Positions 1 to 8,678 of a stretch of DNA of 59,453 nucleotides are shown piece by piece. A program made the position numbers and the translations under genes. The stretch is taken from assembly GCA_024695235.1 (NCBI GenBank), contig JAILIP010000013.1, forward strand, positions 1-59,453, written 5' to 3'. The DNA comes from Bacilli bacterium (GTDB taxonomy: Bacteria > Bacillota_I > Bacilli_A > RFN20 > CAG-826). The first letter of the stretch is position 1. The number at the start of each line of letters is the position of its first letter. The notes beneath the pieces are model-generated. The model made no database searches, was not told where the DNA came from, and saw only the letters and a program-made list of their open reading frames with translations.

Positions 1-28
1 AAGAAAATGAGAGGAAAGACAATTAAGT

Positions 29-1255
29 ATGAGTAATGTCGATTTCAAACAAGTTCTTGCTTTAGCAGAAAAGTACAAACCAGACATGGTTAAATTCCTC
101 CGCGATATGGTCGCTATTCCAAGCGAATCATGCGAGGAAAGAGAAGTTGTCTTAAGAATTAAACAAGAAATGGAAAAGGTTGGATTCGACAAAGTCGAAA
201 TCGACCCAATGGGCAACATCTTAGGCTATATCGGTCATGGTTCACACCTTATCGGTATGGACGCACACATCGATACCGTTGGTATTGGTGAAATCAAAAA
301 CTGGACATTTGATCCATATAAAGGATTTGAAGATGATGTCCATATCGGTGGTCGTGGAACATCTGACCAAGAAGGTGGTATGGCCTCAATGGTCTATGCC
401 GCTAAGATTATTAAAGATCTCGGTTTAGAAGATGATTACACCCTCCTCATCACAGGTACTGTCCAAGAAGAAGACTGCGATGGTCTTTGCTGGAAGTACA
501 TCATCCAAGAAGATAAGATTCACCCAGAATTTGTTGTCTCAACAGAACCAACAAGTTGCCGCATCTATCGTGGTCACCGTGGAAGAATGGAAATCAAAGT
601 TAATGTCCGCGGTATTTCATGCCATGGTAGTGCTCCAGAACGTGGCGATAACGCTATCTACAAAATGGCTCCGATTATCGAGCAAATCAAAGAACTTAAC
701 GAAAATGGTCTTGCCTATGACCCATTCCTTGGCAAAGGTACAGTTACCATTTCTCAAATCTTCCATAAATCACCATCAAGATGTGCAGTCGCAGATGGTT
801 GCTGGATTAGCTTAGATAGAAGACTTACTGTCGGTGAAAACGATAAGACATCAATTGCTGAAATTGAAGCCTTACCAGCCGTTAAAGCTGCTAAAGCAGA
901 AGTCACAATGTATCAATATGAACGTCCATCATATACTGGACTTAACTATCCAATCGAATGTTACTTCCCAACATGGGTCATTCCAGAGGAAAGTATCTAC
1001 TGTCAATCAATGAAGGAAGGATACCAAAAATTATTTGGTAAAGATCCTATCATCGATAAATGGACATTCTCTACCAATGGTGTTTCTATCATGGGTAGAT
1101 ATGGTATTCCATGCATCGGCTTTGGACCAGGTGATGAAAAAGAAGCTCACGCACCAAATGAAAAGACAAGAAAGCGTGATTTAGTCATCTGTGCAGCTAT
1201 GTATGCTGTCTTACCAACCTTATATCTTGAACATCTTGCAAAAGGAGAAAAATAA
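29..1255 (+). CDS. M20/DapE-family metallo-hydrolase, YgeY-like
   Basis: M20 motifs [40 protein letters not shown]; SD GAGGAA upstream. Confidence 0.85.
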   Translation: MSNVDFKQVLALAEKYKPDMVKFLRDMVAIPSESCEEREVVLRIKQEMEKVGFDKVEIDPMGNILGYIGHGSHLIGMDAHIDTVGIGEIKNWTFDPYKGFEDDVHIGGRGTSDQEGGMASMVYAAKIIKDLGLEDDYTLLITGTVQEEDCDGLCWKYIIQEDKIHPEFVVSTEPTSCRIYRGHRGRMEIKVNVRGISCHGSAPERGDNAIYKMAPIIEQIKELNENGLAYDPFLGKGTVTISQIFHKSPSRCAVADGCWISLDRRLTVGENDKTSIAEIEALPAVKAAKAEVTMYQYERPSYTGLNYPIECYFPTWVIPEESIYCQSMKEGYQKLFGKDPIIDKWTFSTNGVSIMGRYGIPCIGFGPGDEKEAHAPNEKTRKRDLVICAAMYAVLPTLYLEHLAKGEK

Positions 1256-2265
1256 TGCAAAAAATTGAACCAAGATTTGCTGGTCGTCACTTAATTACTT
1301 TGGAAGATTTCACCAAAGAAGAAATCGACTACATCTTAAAAGTCTCACACGATATGAAGGATGCCTTCTATCGCAACGAAGAAACCCAATGGTTAGTTGG
1401 AAAAACAGGTTTCTTGATGTTCTTTGAACAATCAACAAGAACCAGAAACTCATTTGAATCAGGTATGGCCCAACTCGGTGGTCACGCTACATTCTTAGAC
1501 ACCTCAATGATGCAAATTGCTCACGGTGAATCTGCCAAAGATACAGCCGTGATCCTTTCATCATTTGGTCACATGATCGCTTGCCGTTATTGTAACTGGG
1601 GTCTTGGCAACAAGTACATCCGTGAAATGGCAAAATGGTCCACAGTCCCAATCATCAACTTACAATGTGACTTATATCACCCAATGCAAGCGCTTGCAGA
1701 CTTAATGACAATTGAAGATGAATTTGGCAAAACCAAAAACCTCAAAGTCTCAGTCATTTGGGCAATGGCTACAACACACAAGAAACCAATTTCTGTTCCA
1801 GTTAGCCAAGTCTTATTGTTCCCACGTTATGGAATCGATGTTACATTAGCATATCCAGAAGGCTATGATCTCCCAGATTGGGTTATTGAAAAAGCTAGAA
1901 AGAACGCTGCTGAAAATGGTGGTTCTCTCACAATTACTCACGATATGGATGCAGCCTATAAAGATGCTGATGTCGTCTTCCCTAAAAACTGGGGTAGCTG
2001 GGTTACCAACCAATCCACAACAGTCGTTGACGATGCTCTTTTAGCACTTAAAGCTTGGAAGTGTACACCAGAAAAGATGGCTCTTGCAAAACCAGGATGC
2101 CGCTATATGCACGCCTTACCAGCCGACCGTGTTAACGAAGTTGTCGACGAAGTTATCGACGGACCACAATCAGTCGTTTATCAAGAAGCTGAAAACAGAA
2201 TTCATACTGCTAAAGCAGTAATGGCTCTATTTGTTCACGATAAACTCCCAAGTGATCGCCGCTAA
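1255..2265 (+). CDS. Carbamoyltransferase (OTCase superfamily, YgeW-like knotted type)
   Basis: STRT, HPMQ, HALP and ENR motifs; WAMATTHKKPISVP loop resembles YgeW; TAATG coupling to the upstream gene. Confidence 0.8.
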   Translation: MQKIEPRFAGRHLITLEDFTKEEIDYILKVSHDMKDAFYRNEETQWLVGKTGFLMFFEQSTRTRNSFESGMAQLGGHATFLDTSMMQIAHGESAKDTAVILSSFGHMIACRYCNWGLGNKYIREMAKWSTVPIINLQCDLYHPMQALADLMTIEDEFGKTKNLKVSVIWAMATTHKKPISVPVSQVLLFPRYGIDVTLAYPEGYDLPDWVIEKARKNAAENGGSLTITHDMDAAYKDADVVFPKNWGSWVTNQSTTVVDDALLALKAWKCTPEKMALAKPGCRYMHALPADRVNEVVDEVIDGPQSVVYQEAENRIHTAKAVMALFVHDKLPSDRR

Positions 2266-2278
2266 TAAATAACAAAAG

Positions 2279-2312
2279 AAAGCAAGTTCAATTGAGCTTG
2301 CTTTTTCTTTTT
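2279..2312 (+). terminator. Rho-independent terminator
   Basis: AAAGCAAG..CTTGCTTT stem followed by a T tract. Confidence 0.8.
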
Positions 2313-2340
2313 ACCAATATGCGTGTATAATATCAAGCGT

Positions 2341-3555
2341 ATGAAAAGTTTACGCAATTTATATCGTATTGGTCATGGACCTAGTTCATCACATTCAATT
2401 GGCCCAAGTAGAATCGCAAAATACTTACGCGAAAAATATCGTGATGCCAAAAGTGTGGATGTAACTTTATATGGTTCATTAGCATTCACTGGAAAAGGGC
2501 ACTTAACCGATGTTGCAATCGAAAAAGGATTTTCTCCAATTCCGTGTAATGTGGTTTTTGATTATAAAACTAGTGTTGAATTTCCAAACACTTTAGATGT
2601 CGTTATCCATTTTGACGATAAAGAAGATGTCACAAAAAGATGTCTCTCTTTAGGTGGCGGACGTATATCCATTTCAGGTGAACCAGAAGAGGATGAACCA
2701 GAAGTATATCCTCAAAAGAACTTTGAAGAAGTATCTAAATACTGCAAAGACAACAATATCGATCTCGCAGATTATGTTGAAAGATATGAAGGAAAAGAAA
2801 TTTGGGATTATCTAATGAAAGTCTGGAACCAAATGGTGAAGACAATTGATAATGGTTTGCACACAAACGGAGTTCTTCCAGGAAAACTTGAAGTCCAAAG
2901 AAGAGCATCATCATTTTTAACCCCATCCCACCTAAAAGAATCAAGCTTCTCAAGAGCAAATAGAATGCTTGCTGCATATGCCTTTGCGACAAACGAAGAA
3001 AATGCCGCCGGTGGCAAGGTTGTTACCGCTCCAACATGCGGCAGTGCTGGTACTCTTCCAGCAGTATTACTCCACTTGGTAGATAGATATGATATTCGTG
3101 ATGAAAAAATTATCCGTGCATTAGCTGTCGCTGGTGTTATTGGAAATATCGTTAAGCAAAATGGTTCTATCTCAGGTGCAGAAGCTGGATGCCAAGCTGA
3201 AATTGGAACAGCCTGCTCAATGGCAGCCGCTGCAACAAGCTATCTAAAAGGATTTAGCATTGATCAAATTGAATGTGCTGCTGAAGCCGCTATGGAACAT
3301 TCTCTTGGAACAACATGTGACCCAGTTATGGGATATGTCCAAATTCCATGTATTGAAAGAAATGCTGTAGCAGCCGTAAAAGCATTATCTGCAACATATC
3401 TCGCAGAGTATGCATCCTCAACACATCGTGTTAGTTTCGATAACATCGTTCAAACAATGTTAGAAACCGGAAAAGATTTAAAGAAAGAATATCGTGAAAC
3501 ATCTGAAGGTGGTCTTGCAAAAGACTTCAAAGAAATCGAAAAGGAAGGAGAATAA
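2341..3555 (+). CDS. sdaA: Fe-S L-serine dehydratase, single chain
   Basis: GPSSSH, VTAPTCG, GCQAEIG, CDPV.G.VQIPCIERN; start moved to ATG 2341 because the ORF-track start overlaps TATAAT at 2326-2331. Confidence 0.9.
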   Translation: MKSLRNLYRIGHGPSSSHSIGPSRIAKYLREKYRDAKSVDVTLYGSLAFTGKGHLTDVAIEKGFSPIPCNVVFDYKTSVEFPNTLDVVIHFDDKEDVTKRCLSLGGGRISISGEPEEDEPEVYPQKNFEEVSKYCKDNNIDLADYVERYEGKEIWDYLMKVWNQMVKTIDNGLHTNGVLPGKLEVQRRASSFLTPSHLKESSFSRANRMLAAYAFATNEENAAGGKVVTAPTCGSAGTLPAVLLHLVDRYDIRDEKIIRALAVAGVIGNIVKQNGSISGAEAGCQAEIGTACSMAAAATSYLKGFSIDQIECAAEAAMEHSLGTTCDPVMGYVQIPCIERNAVAAVKALSATYLAEYASSTHRVSFDNIVQTMLETGKDLKKEYRETSEGGLAKDFKEIEKEGE

Positions 3556-3557
3556 CT

Positions 3558-4889
3558 ATGGAAGTCAAATTATTTAACTCGTTATCAAACCAAGTTGATA
3601 CATTAACTCCAATCAAAAAAGATGAGGTTTCCATCTATTGTTGTGGTCCAACAGTTTATGGTGACGCTCATATTGGTAATATTCGCCCTCCAGTAGTGTT
3701 CGATACACTTAGAAGATTTTTAGAATACCTCGGATATAACGTTAAATCCGTGTCTAACTTCACAGATGTTGATGACAAGATTATCAACAAAGCTGTTCAA
3801 GAAGGTGTAAGTGAAAATGTTATCACCGATAGATATATCAAAGCATACAAAGAAGTTATCTCTGCATTAAACGTTAAGCCACATTATCAAAATCCAAGAG
3901 TCACTGAATATATGGACGATATCATCGCCTATATTGATGATCTTGTAAAAAGTGGTGCCGCTTATGAGGTTGATGGAGATGTATTCTTCAGAATATCCGC
4001 TATTAAAGACTACGGAGAACTCTCCAATGTCAAAAAAGAAGATCTTGTTGTTGGGGCACGTATTGATGAAAACTCCAAAAAAGAATCTCCGTTAGATTTT
4101 GCCTTATGGAAAAAGACAGATGTTGGTATTCAATGGGATTCACCTTGGGGCAAAGGTCGTCCAGGATGGCACACAGAATGCTGCGTTATGATTAATTCCA
4201 TCTTTGGTGGAAGAATTGATATTCATGGTGGTGGTTTTGACCTCAAATTCCCACATCACGAAAACGAAATCGCTCAAGCAAAAGCTCATGACCATAATAA
4301 AATTGCAAATCTTTGGGTTCACAATGGTTTTGTTAACTTTGGAAATGAAAAGATGTCCAAATCTTTAGGCAATGTCATTCTTGCTAAAGACGCAATTGCT
4401 AAGTTTGGTGGTAATGCTATGAGACTTTTAATTCTCTCCACACATTATCGTGCACCTGTTAGTTTCACTGATGAAACAATTGCCTCTGCTACAAATGAAC
4501 TTAATCGTATTCAAACCACATTCAAGCAATTAGCAGTGAAGATTCAATTAAATAAAGGAAGCCTCACTTCAGGTGAAGTTTCAATTGAACCATTCTTAGC
4601 TGCTTTGGCGGATGATTTAAATACAAGTAACGCTCTTGCTGAGCTATACGCAAAGCTAAAAGAAGCCAATCAAGAATTACGTAAAAATCCACTTGATATG
4701 AAGAAACTTGAATCGTTATTTGCATCACTTAAAGCGATGTTAAATATCCTTGGTTTAGATATCAAATATCCAGTGGTGGATGAAAATATTGAAAAAATTT
4801 ATAACGAATATATGAGACTCAAAGCGGAGAAGAAGTTTGAAGAGAGTGATGTTTTGCGCAGCAAACTTATTGAAGCTGGTATTTTTTAG
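3558..4889 (+). CDS. cysS: Cysteine--tRNA ligase
   Basis: CGPTVY, HIGN, PGWH.EC, FPHHENE, KMSKS. Confidence 0.97.
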   Translation: MEVKLFNSLSNQVDTLTPIKKDEVSIYCCGPTVYGDAHIGNIRPPVVFDTLRRFLEYLGYNVKSVSNFTDVDDKIINKAVQEGVSENVITDRYIKAYKEVISALNVKPHYQNPRVTEYMDDIIAYIDDLVKSGAAYEVDGDVFFRISAIKDYGELSNVKKEDLVVGARIDENSKKESPLDFALWKKTDVGIQWDSPWGKGRPGWHTECCVMINSIFGGRIDIHGGGFDLKFPHHENEIAQAKAHDHNKIANLWVHNGFVNFGNEKMSKSLGNVILAKDAIAKFGGNAMRLLILSTHYRAPVSFTDETIASATNELNRIQTTFKQLAVKIQLNKGSLTSGEVSIEPFLAALADDLNTSNALAELYAKLKEANQELRKNPLDMKKLESLFASLKAMLNILGLDIKYPVVDENIEKIYNEYMRLKAEKKFEESDVLRSKLIEAGIF

Positions 4890-4946
4890 TGAGACTATTT
4901 TGAAAGACTGAGACTAATTATGAAATTTGAGACTAATTCGAAAAAT
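4890..4946 (+). repeat. Three tandem imperfect 19-bp direct repeats (TGAGACTA core)
   Basis: TGAGACTA at 4890, 4909 and 4928, period exactly 19. Confidence 0.6.
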
Positions 4947-5660
4947 GATGTGTCAAACTTAATTTATGGAAGAAATCCTTTATTGAGTTATTTAGGTAGC
5001 GGAAAAGTGAAGAAAGTATATCTTCAAAAAGGTTTTTCCGATGCTAAGATTCTCGCTGCTATTAAAAAGGAAGGATTGAATCCAATCTATTTAGACAACA
5101 ACGCTATGAATAGTCTGACAAAAGGTGGCACTCATCAAGGTGTTGCTGCTGAAATTGCTCCTTTTGAATATTCTTCACTTAAAGAGATTATTGATAGTGC
5201 TAAGAAAAAAGAAAAACCTCTTATCCTAATCCTTGATGAGATAAATGATCCACATAACTTTGGAGCAATCATTAGATCATGTGATGCCTTCTCAGTTGAT
5301 GGAATCATTATCAAAAATAGAGGACAAGTTGCGGTGAACATGACTGTTAGCAAAGTATCTACTGGCGCAATCAATCATGTCAAAATTGCAATGGTGTCCA
5401 ATCTATCAAACGCTATTAAAGAGTTAAAAGATAATGGCTATTGGATCTATGCCGCTGATGGAAGTGGTAAAGATGATTATCAAAAGCAAAACTATGATGG
5501 TCCTACTGCTCTAATTATGGGAAGTGAAGGATTCGGAATATCTAGACTTGTCCTTGAGAATTCTGACATCATCATTAAGATTCCAATGACTGGTCATGTC
5601 AATTCACTCAATGTAAGTGTTGCAACAGGAATAATATTGTCTCGCATCAGAAATAAATAA
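4920..5660 (+). CDS. rlmB: 23S rRNA Gm2251 methyltransferase (TrmH/SpoU family)
   Basis: HQGV, DPHNFGAIIRS, GSEG.G, IPM.G.VNSLNVSVA; usual position after cysS. Confidence 0.93.
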   Translation: MKFETNSKNDVSNLIYGRNPLLSYLGSGKVKKVYLQKGFSDAKILAAIKKEGLNPIYLDNNAMNSLTKGGTHQGVAAEIAPFEYSSLKEIIDSAKKKEKPLILILDEINDPHNFGAIIRSCDAFSVDGIIIKNRGQVAVNMTVSKVSTGAINHVKIAMVSNLSNAIKELKDNGYWIYAADGSGKDDYQKQNYDGPTALIMGSEGFGISRLVLENSDIIIKIPMTGHVNSLNVSVATGIILSRIRNK

Positions 5661-5684
5661 AGCTCCCTAGTTGGGAGTTTTTAT
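5659..5684 (+). terminator. Terminator-like hairpin whose 3' arm contains the sigH SD
   Basis: AAAGCTCCC-tagtt-GGGAGTTTT; GGGAG lies 8 nt before ATG 5686. Confidence 0.6.
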
Positions 5685-5685
5685 T

Positions 5686-6294
5686 ATGTCGTTATGTTAT
5701 GACGATGATGAAGAGTTAGTTTTTCAAATACGAAATGGTGATGAAGATGCTTATAACAAGCTCGCTGGTAAATACTACGATTTATCCTGTGCAATTGCTT
5801 GCAATCTAAGCAAATCAATGAACTATTTTTCTTACTCAACAGATGAATTTATCTATGACTACTTTATGACATTAAAATCTGCGATAGAAACATATGAAAA
5901 TGGAGTAGGTACATTTAGAGGATATCTTATTCTTCTTTTAACAAGGAGATATCGTCGAACTATTAAAAATAGACTCATCAAAAGTAAGGCGACTACACTT
6001 GAACTTGATAGCACCTCACCAGGAGAAGATGGTAGAGTGGTGGATTTCCTTTCTGATAAAAATGAAATAACACCTGATATGTATGTGAATATGGTGGATA
6101 TTACCCTTCCATTAAGAGGTCAAACATTAACTCACAAAGATATCACAAAACAAAAGGTGTATATTCTGCGTCTATTTGGTCATAGTCTTAGAAATATTGC
6201 TAAGATTATGAATATGGATGTATCAAGAGTGAGAAGAATACTTGATGAATATAAAGAAAAAGAACTATCAGATATGTATTTAAAACTAAAGTAA
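5686..6294 (+). CDS. Sigma-70 family alternative sigma factor, SigH-like (divergent)
   Basis: DEELV..IRNGDEDA N-terminus, region 2 (AIETY..GTFRGY), C-terminal HTH (GHSLRNIAKIM); syntenic with sigH between rlmB and rpmG. Confidence 0.7.
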   Translation: MSLCYDDDEELVFQIRNGDEDAYNKLAGKYYDLSCAIACNLSKSMNYFSYSTDEFIYDYFMTLKSAIETYENGVGTFRGYLILLLTRRYRRTIKNRLIKSKATTLELDSTSPGEDGRVVDFLSDKNEITPDMYVNMVDITLPLRGQTLTHKDITKQKVYILRLFGHSLRNIAKIMNMDVSRVRRILDEYKEKELSDMYLKLK

Positions 6295-6300
6295 TGTTAA

Positions 6301-6329
6301 TTGCATTAAATAACATTTATTGACATAAT
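6301..6329 (+). promoter_or_regulatory. SigA promoter for mrp
   Basis: TTGCAT-17-CATAAT with TG extension. Confidence 0.55.
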
Positions 6330-6353
6330 ATATCTACTGAAAGTAGGTAATTT

Positions 6354-7175
6354 ATGGCAGATTGTAATCATCAATGCGAAGGTTGTTCGGTTGAAAATTG
6401 TTCAGAAAGAACAATTGAAAAACTAAAACCACATCCATATTCAAATATCAAAAAGATTTACGCGATTATTTCAGGTAAAGGCGGCGTTGGAAAATCTCTC
6501 GTCACATCTTTACTTGCTTCTAGCGTTAACAAAAAAGGCAAATCAGTTGCTGTTATAGACGCTGATGTAACTGGTCCAAGTGTTCCACAAGCCTTTGGCT
6601 TAAAAGATCAACTTGCTGAATCAGATGAAAGTGGACTTTATCCTGTTTTATCTAAACATGGAGTTAAGGTCATGTCCGCTAATCTTTTGCTTGAAGATAA
6701 GGAAGCTCCAATCGTCTGGAGAGGCCCTATCGTTTCATCATTTGTTCAACAATTATTCACCGATGTCATTTATGGTGATGTTGACTACATGTTTATTGAT
6801 ATGCCACCTGGAACAGGTGATATTCCATTAACTGTTTTCCAAATGATTCCAATTGATGGCATCATCGTTGTGAGTTCTCCTCAAGAACTTGTTTCAATGG
6901 TTGTAGCTAAATCAATCAACATGGCAAATATGATGAATATTCCAATTGTTGGAATGGTTGAGAATATGGCGTACATCAAATGCCCAGATTGTGGTAAGAA
7001 AATTACTGTATTTGGTGATGGTCACTTTGAAGATGATGTCAAACGTCATGGTTTAAAACTACTTGCTGAAATTCCAATTGATCCTGAACTCGCATCTAAG
7101 GTCGATAAAGGTGAGATTGAAGAGTATCAAACAAGCATCATGGATCAACTCGTGGACACATTATTCACTCGTTAG
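6354..7175 (+). CDS. Mrp/NBP35 (ApbC) Fe-S cluster carrier ATPase
   Basis: GKGGVGKS, DMPPGTGD, ENM..CPDC; Cys-rich N-terminus. Confidence 0.92.
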   Translation: MADCNHQCEGCSVENCSERTIEKLKPHPYSNIKKIYAIISGKGGVGKSLVTSLLASSVNKKGKSVAVIDADVTGPSVPQAFGLKDQLAESDESGLYPVLSKHGVKVMSANLLLEDKEAPIVWRGPIVSSFVQQLFTDVIYGDVDYMFIDMPPGTGDIPLTVFQMIPIDGIIVVSSPQELVSMVVAKSINMANMMNIPIVGMVENMAYIKCPDCGKKITVFGDGHFEDDVKRHGLKLLAEIPIDPELASKVDKGEIEEYQTSIMDQLVDTLFTR

Positions 7176-7204
7176 TTGACAAAGCGTGCGCGGAGATGTA
7201 AACT
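7176..7204 (+). promoter_or_regulatory. SigA promoter for rpmG-secE-nusG
   Basis: TTGACA-17-TAAACT. Confidence 0.7.
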
Positions 7205-7239
7205 ATGCCTTGCAAAATTAAAATGGGATAACCACTTAT

Positions 7240-7386
7240 ATGAGAAAGAAAGTAATTTTAATTTGCCCTGAATGCCTGTCAAGAAACTACACGACAAGCA
7301 AGAAGGAAGAAGATACATCTCGCTTAGAGATAAAGAAGTATTGCCCTCATTGCAATAAAATGACATTGCATAAAGAGAGCAAGTAG
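7240..7386 (+). CDS. rpmG: 50S ribosomal protein L33, Zn-binding C+ form (absent from the ORF track)
   Basis: [21 protein letters not shown]...[21 protein letters not shown], 48 aa; upstream of secE. Confidence 0.95.
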   Translation: MRKKVILICPECLSRNYTTSKKEEDTSRLEIKKYCPHCNKMTLHKESK

Positions 7387-7396
7387 GAGGTAGCGT

Positions 7397-7654
7397 ATGG
7401 GAGCAAAGAAATACGTTAAAGAAGTTATAAAAGAAGGCAAAAGAGTTCGTTGGCCGAAAAAGGAACGTTTCTTTCCAGTTTTTATTTCAGTTTTAATCAT
7501 CTGTGTTGTCACAGCTTTAATCCTCATGCTTGAAGACTTAGCAGCTGGTACACTTAGAGATCGTTTAACAGAATTGTTCCAAAGCGGATCATCCTCCTCA
7601 GGCGAGGAAACTTCCTCAGCTCTAGCGGTTATCAAATCATTGATTAGGAGATAA
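7397..7654 (+). CDS. secE: Preprotein translocase SecE
   Basis: E.KRVRWP motif plus one TM; SD AGGAGG; between rpmG and nusG. Confidence 0.9.
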   Translation: MGAKKYVKEVIKEGKRVRWPKKERFFPVFISVLIICVVTALILMLEDLAAGTLRDRLTELFQSGSSSSGEETSSALAVIKSLIRR

Positions 7655-7659
7655 ACATC

Positions 7660-8220
7660 ATGGCAGAATTAGGCGAAAAACATTGGTATATTGTTAACAC
7701 TTATTCTCAACACGAGAAAAAGGTTGCAGAAAATTTAAGAAGAAGAATTGAAACACTTCAACTTCAAGATTATATTTTCAATATTCTTGTCGCAGAACAC
7801 GAAGTTCCTGTAATTGACAAAGAAACTGGTTTACCAAAACCTGGTGAAACCAAAATGAAAAATCTCTATCCAGGTTATATCTTTGTTGAAATGATCATGA
7901 CCGATAAGATTTGGTACTACGTTAGAAACACTCCAGGAGTTACCGGTATTACCGGATCTGCTGGTGGTGGTCAAAAACCAACTCCTGTTTCTAGAGAAGA
8001 AATGGAACCAGTTTTAAAACGTATGAATATGATTGATTCATCAATGTATGAAAACTATAACGTTGGTGATAGAGTCAAAGTCATTCGTGGACCACTTGAA
8101 GGTACCGAAGGTACAATTCTATCAATCGATAAATCAACAGGCGCTTGCCGCGTTGAGACAGTCTTCTTCGGAAGAGCTACTCCAATTGATGTTGATTTCT
8201 CTGAAATCGATAGAATCTAA
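7660..8220 (+). CDS. nusG: Transcription factor NusG
   Basis: WYIVNTYS.HE, YPGYIFVEM, VRNTPGVTG, KOW domain. Confidence 0.97.
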   Translation: MAELGEKHWYIVNTYSQHEKKVAENLRRRIETLQLQDYIFNILVAEHEVPVIDKETGLPKPGETKMKNLYPGYIFVEMIMTDKIWYYVRNTPGVTGITGSAGGGQKPTPVSREEMEPVLKRMNMIDSSMYENYNVGDRVKVIRGPLEGTEGTILSIDKSTGACRVETVFFGRATPIDVDFSEIDRI

Positions 8221-8235
8221 ATTAAAACCATATAG

Positions 8236-8262
8236 AAAGCACACAGAAATGTGTGTTTTTTT
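8236..8262 (+). terminator. Rho-independent terminator
   Basis: AAAGCACACA-gaaa-TGTGTGTTTT plus Ts. Confidence 0.8.
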
Positions 8263-8277
8263 ATTATCAAATAAGTA

Positions 8278-8306
8278 TTGACTATATGAACAGCTATTCA
8301 TATAAT
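8278..8306 (+). promoter_or_regulatory. SigA promoter with overlapping SmtB/CzrA-type operator
   Basis: TTGACT-17-TATAAT; inverted repeat TATATGAA-cagcta-TTCATATA at 8283-8304 matches the ArsR/SmtB operator pattern. Confidence 0.85.
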
Positions 8307-8315
8307 ATAGTAGCT

Positions 8316-8675
8316 ATGGGAAATGTAAGTATTGAAACTATTAAGAAAATAGAGCGCACGTTAAACGTGTGCGGAGACGCAACGCGTTTAAAAATATTGT
8401 TCTCGCTCGTGGATGATAATAAATGCACATGCGGGAATAGTGCTAATTGTCATTGCAGCAGATGTGGTGTTATGACATGCATGATTGAAAGATGTGTTTC
8501 TGAGATTATCGAATCTACTGGTTGCTCTCAATCTTTAGTGTCTCATCAACTTAAAGTTTTAAGAGAATTAGATCTTGTAAAAACAAGAAAGGATGGTCTT
8601 AGAGTATATTATTCACTTAAAGATGGTCACATTAAAGAATTACTAAATATCATGAAAGAACATGTAGAGGAATAG
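8316..8675 (+). CDS. ArsR/SmtB-family metal-sensing repressor
   Basis: GDATRLKIL, SQSLVSHQL..LR, alpha5 site DxHx10HxxE; start at ATG 8316, downstream of the promoter. Confidence 0.9.
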   Translation: MGNVSIETIKKIERTLNVCGDATRLKILFSLVDDNKCTCGNSANCHCSRCGVMTCMIERCVSEIIESTGCSQSLVSHQLKVLRELDLVKTRKDGLRVYYSLKDGHIKELLNIMKEHVEE

Positions 8676-8678
8676 ATT

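Noticed and set aside
6293-6317. Inverted repeat AATGTTA-n11-TAACATT over the mrp -35
   Set aside because: A short AT-rich repeat that is likely by chance, and no regulator can be assigned
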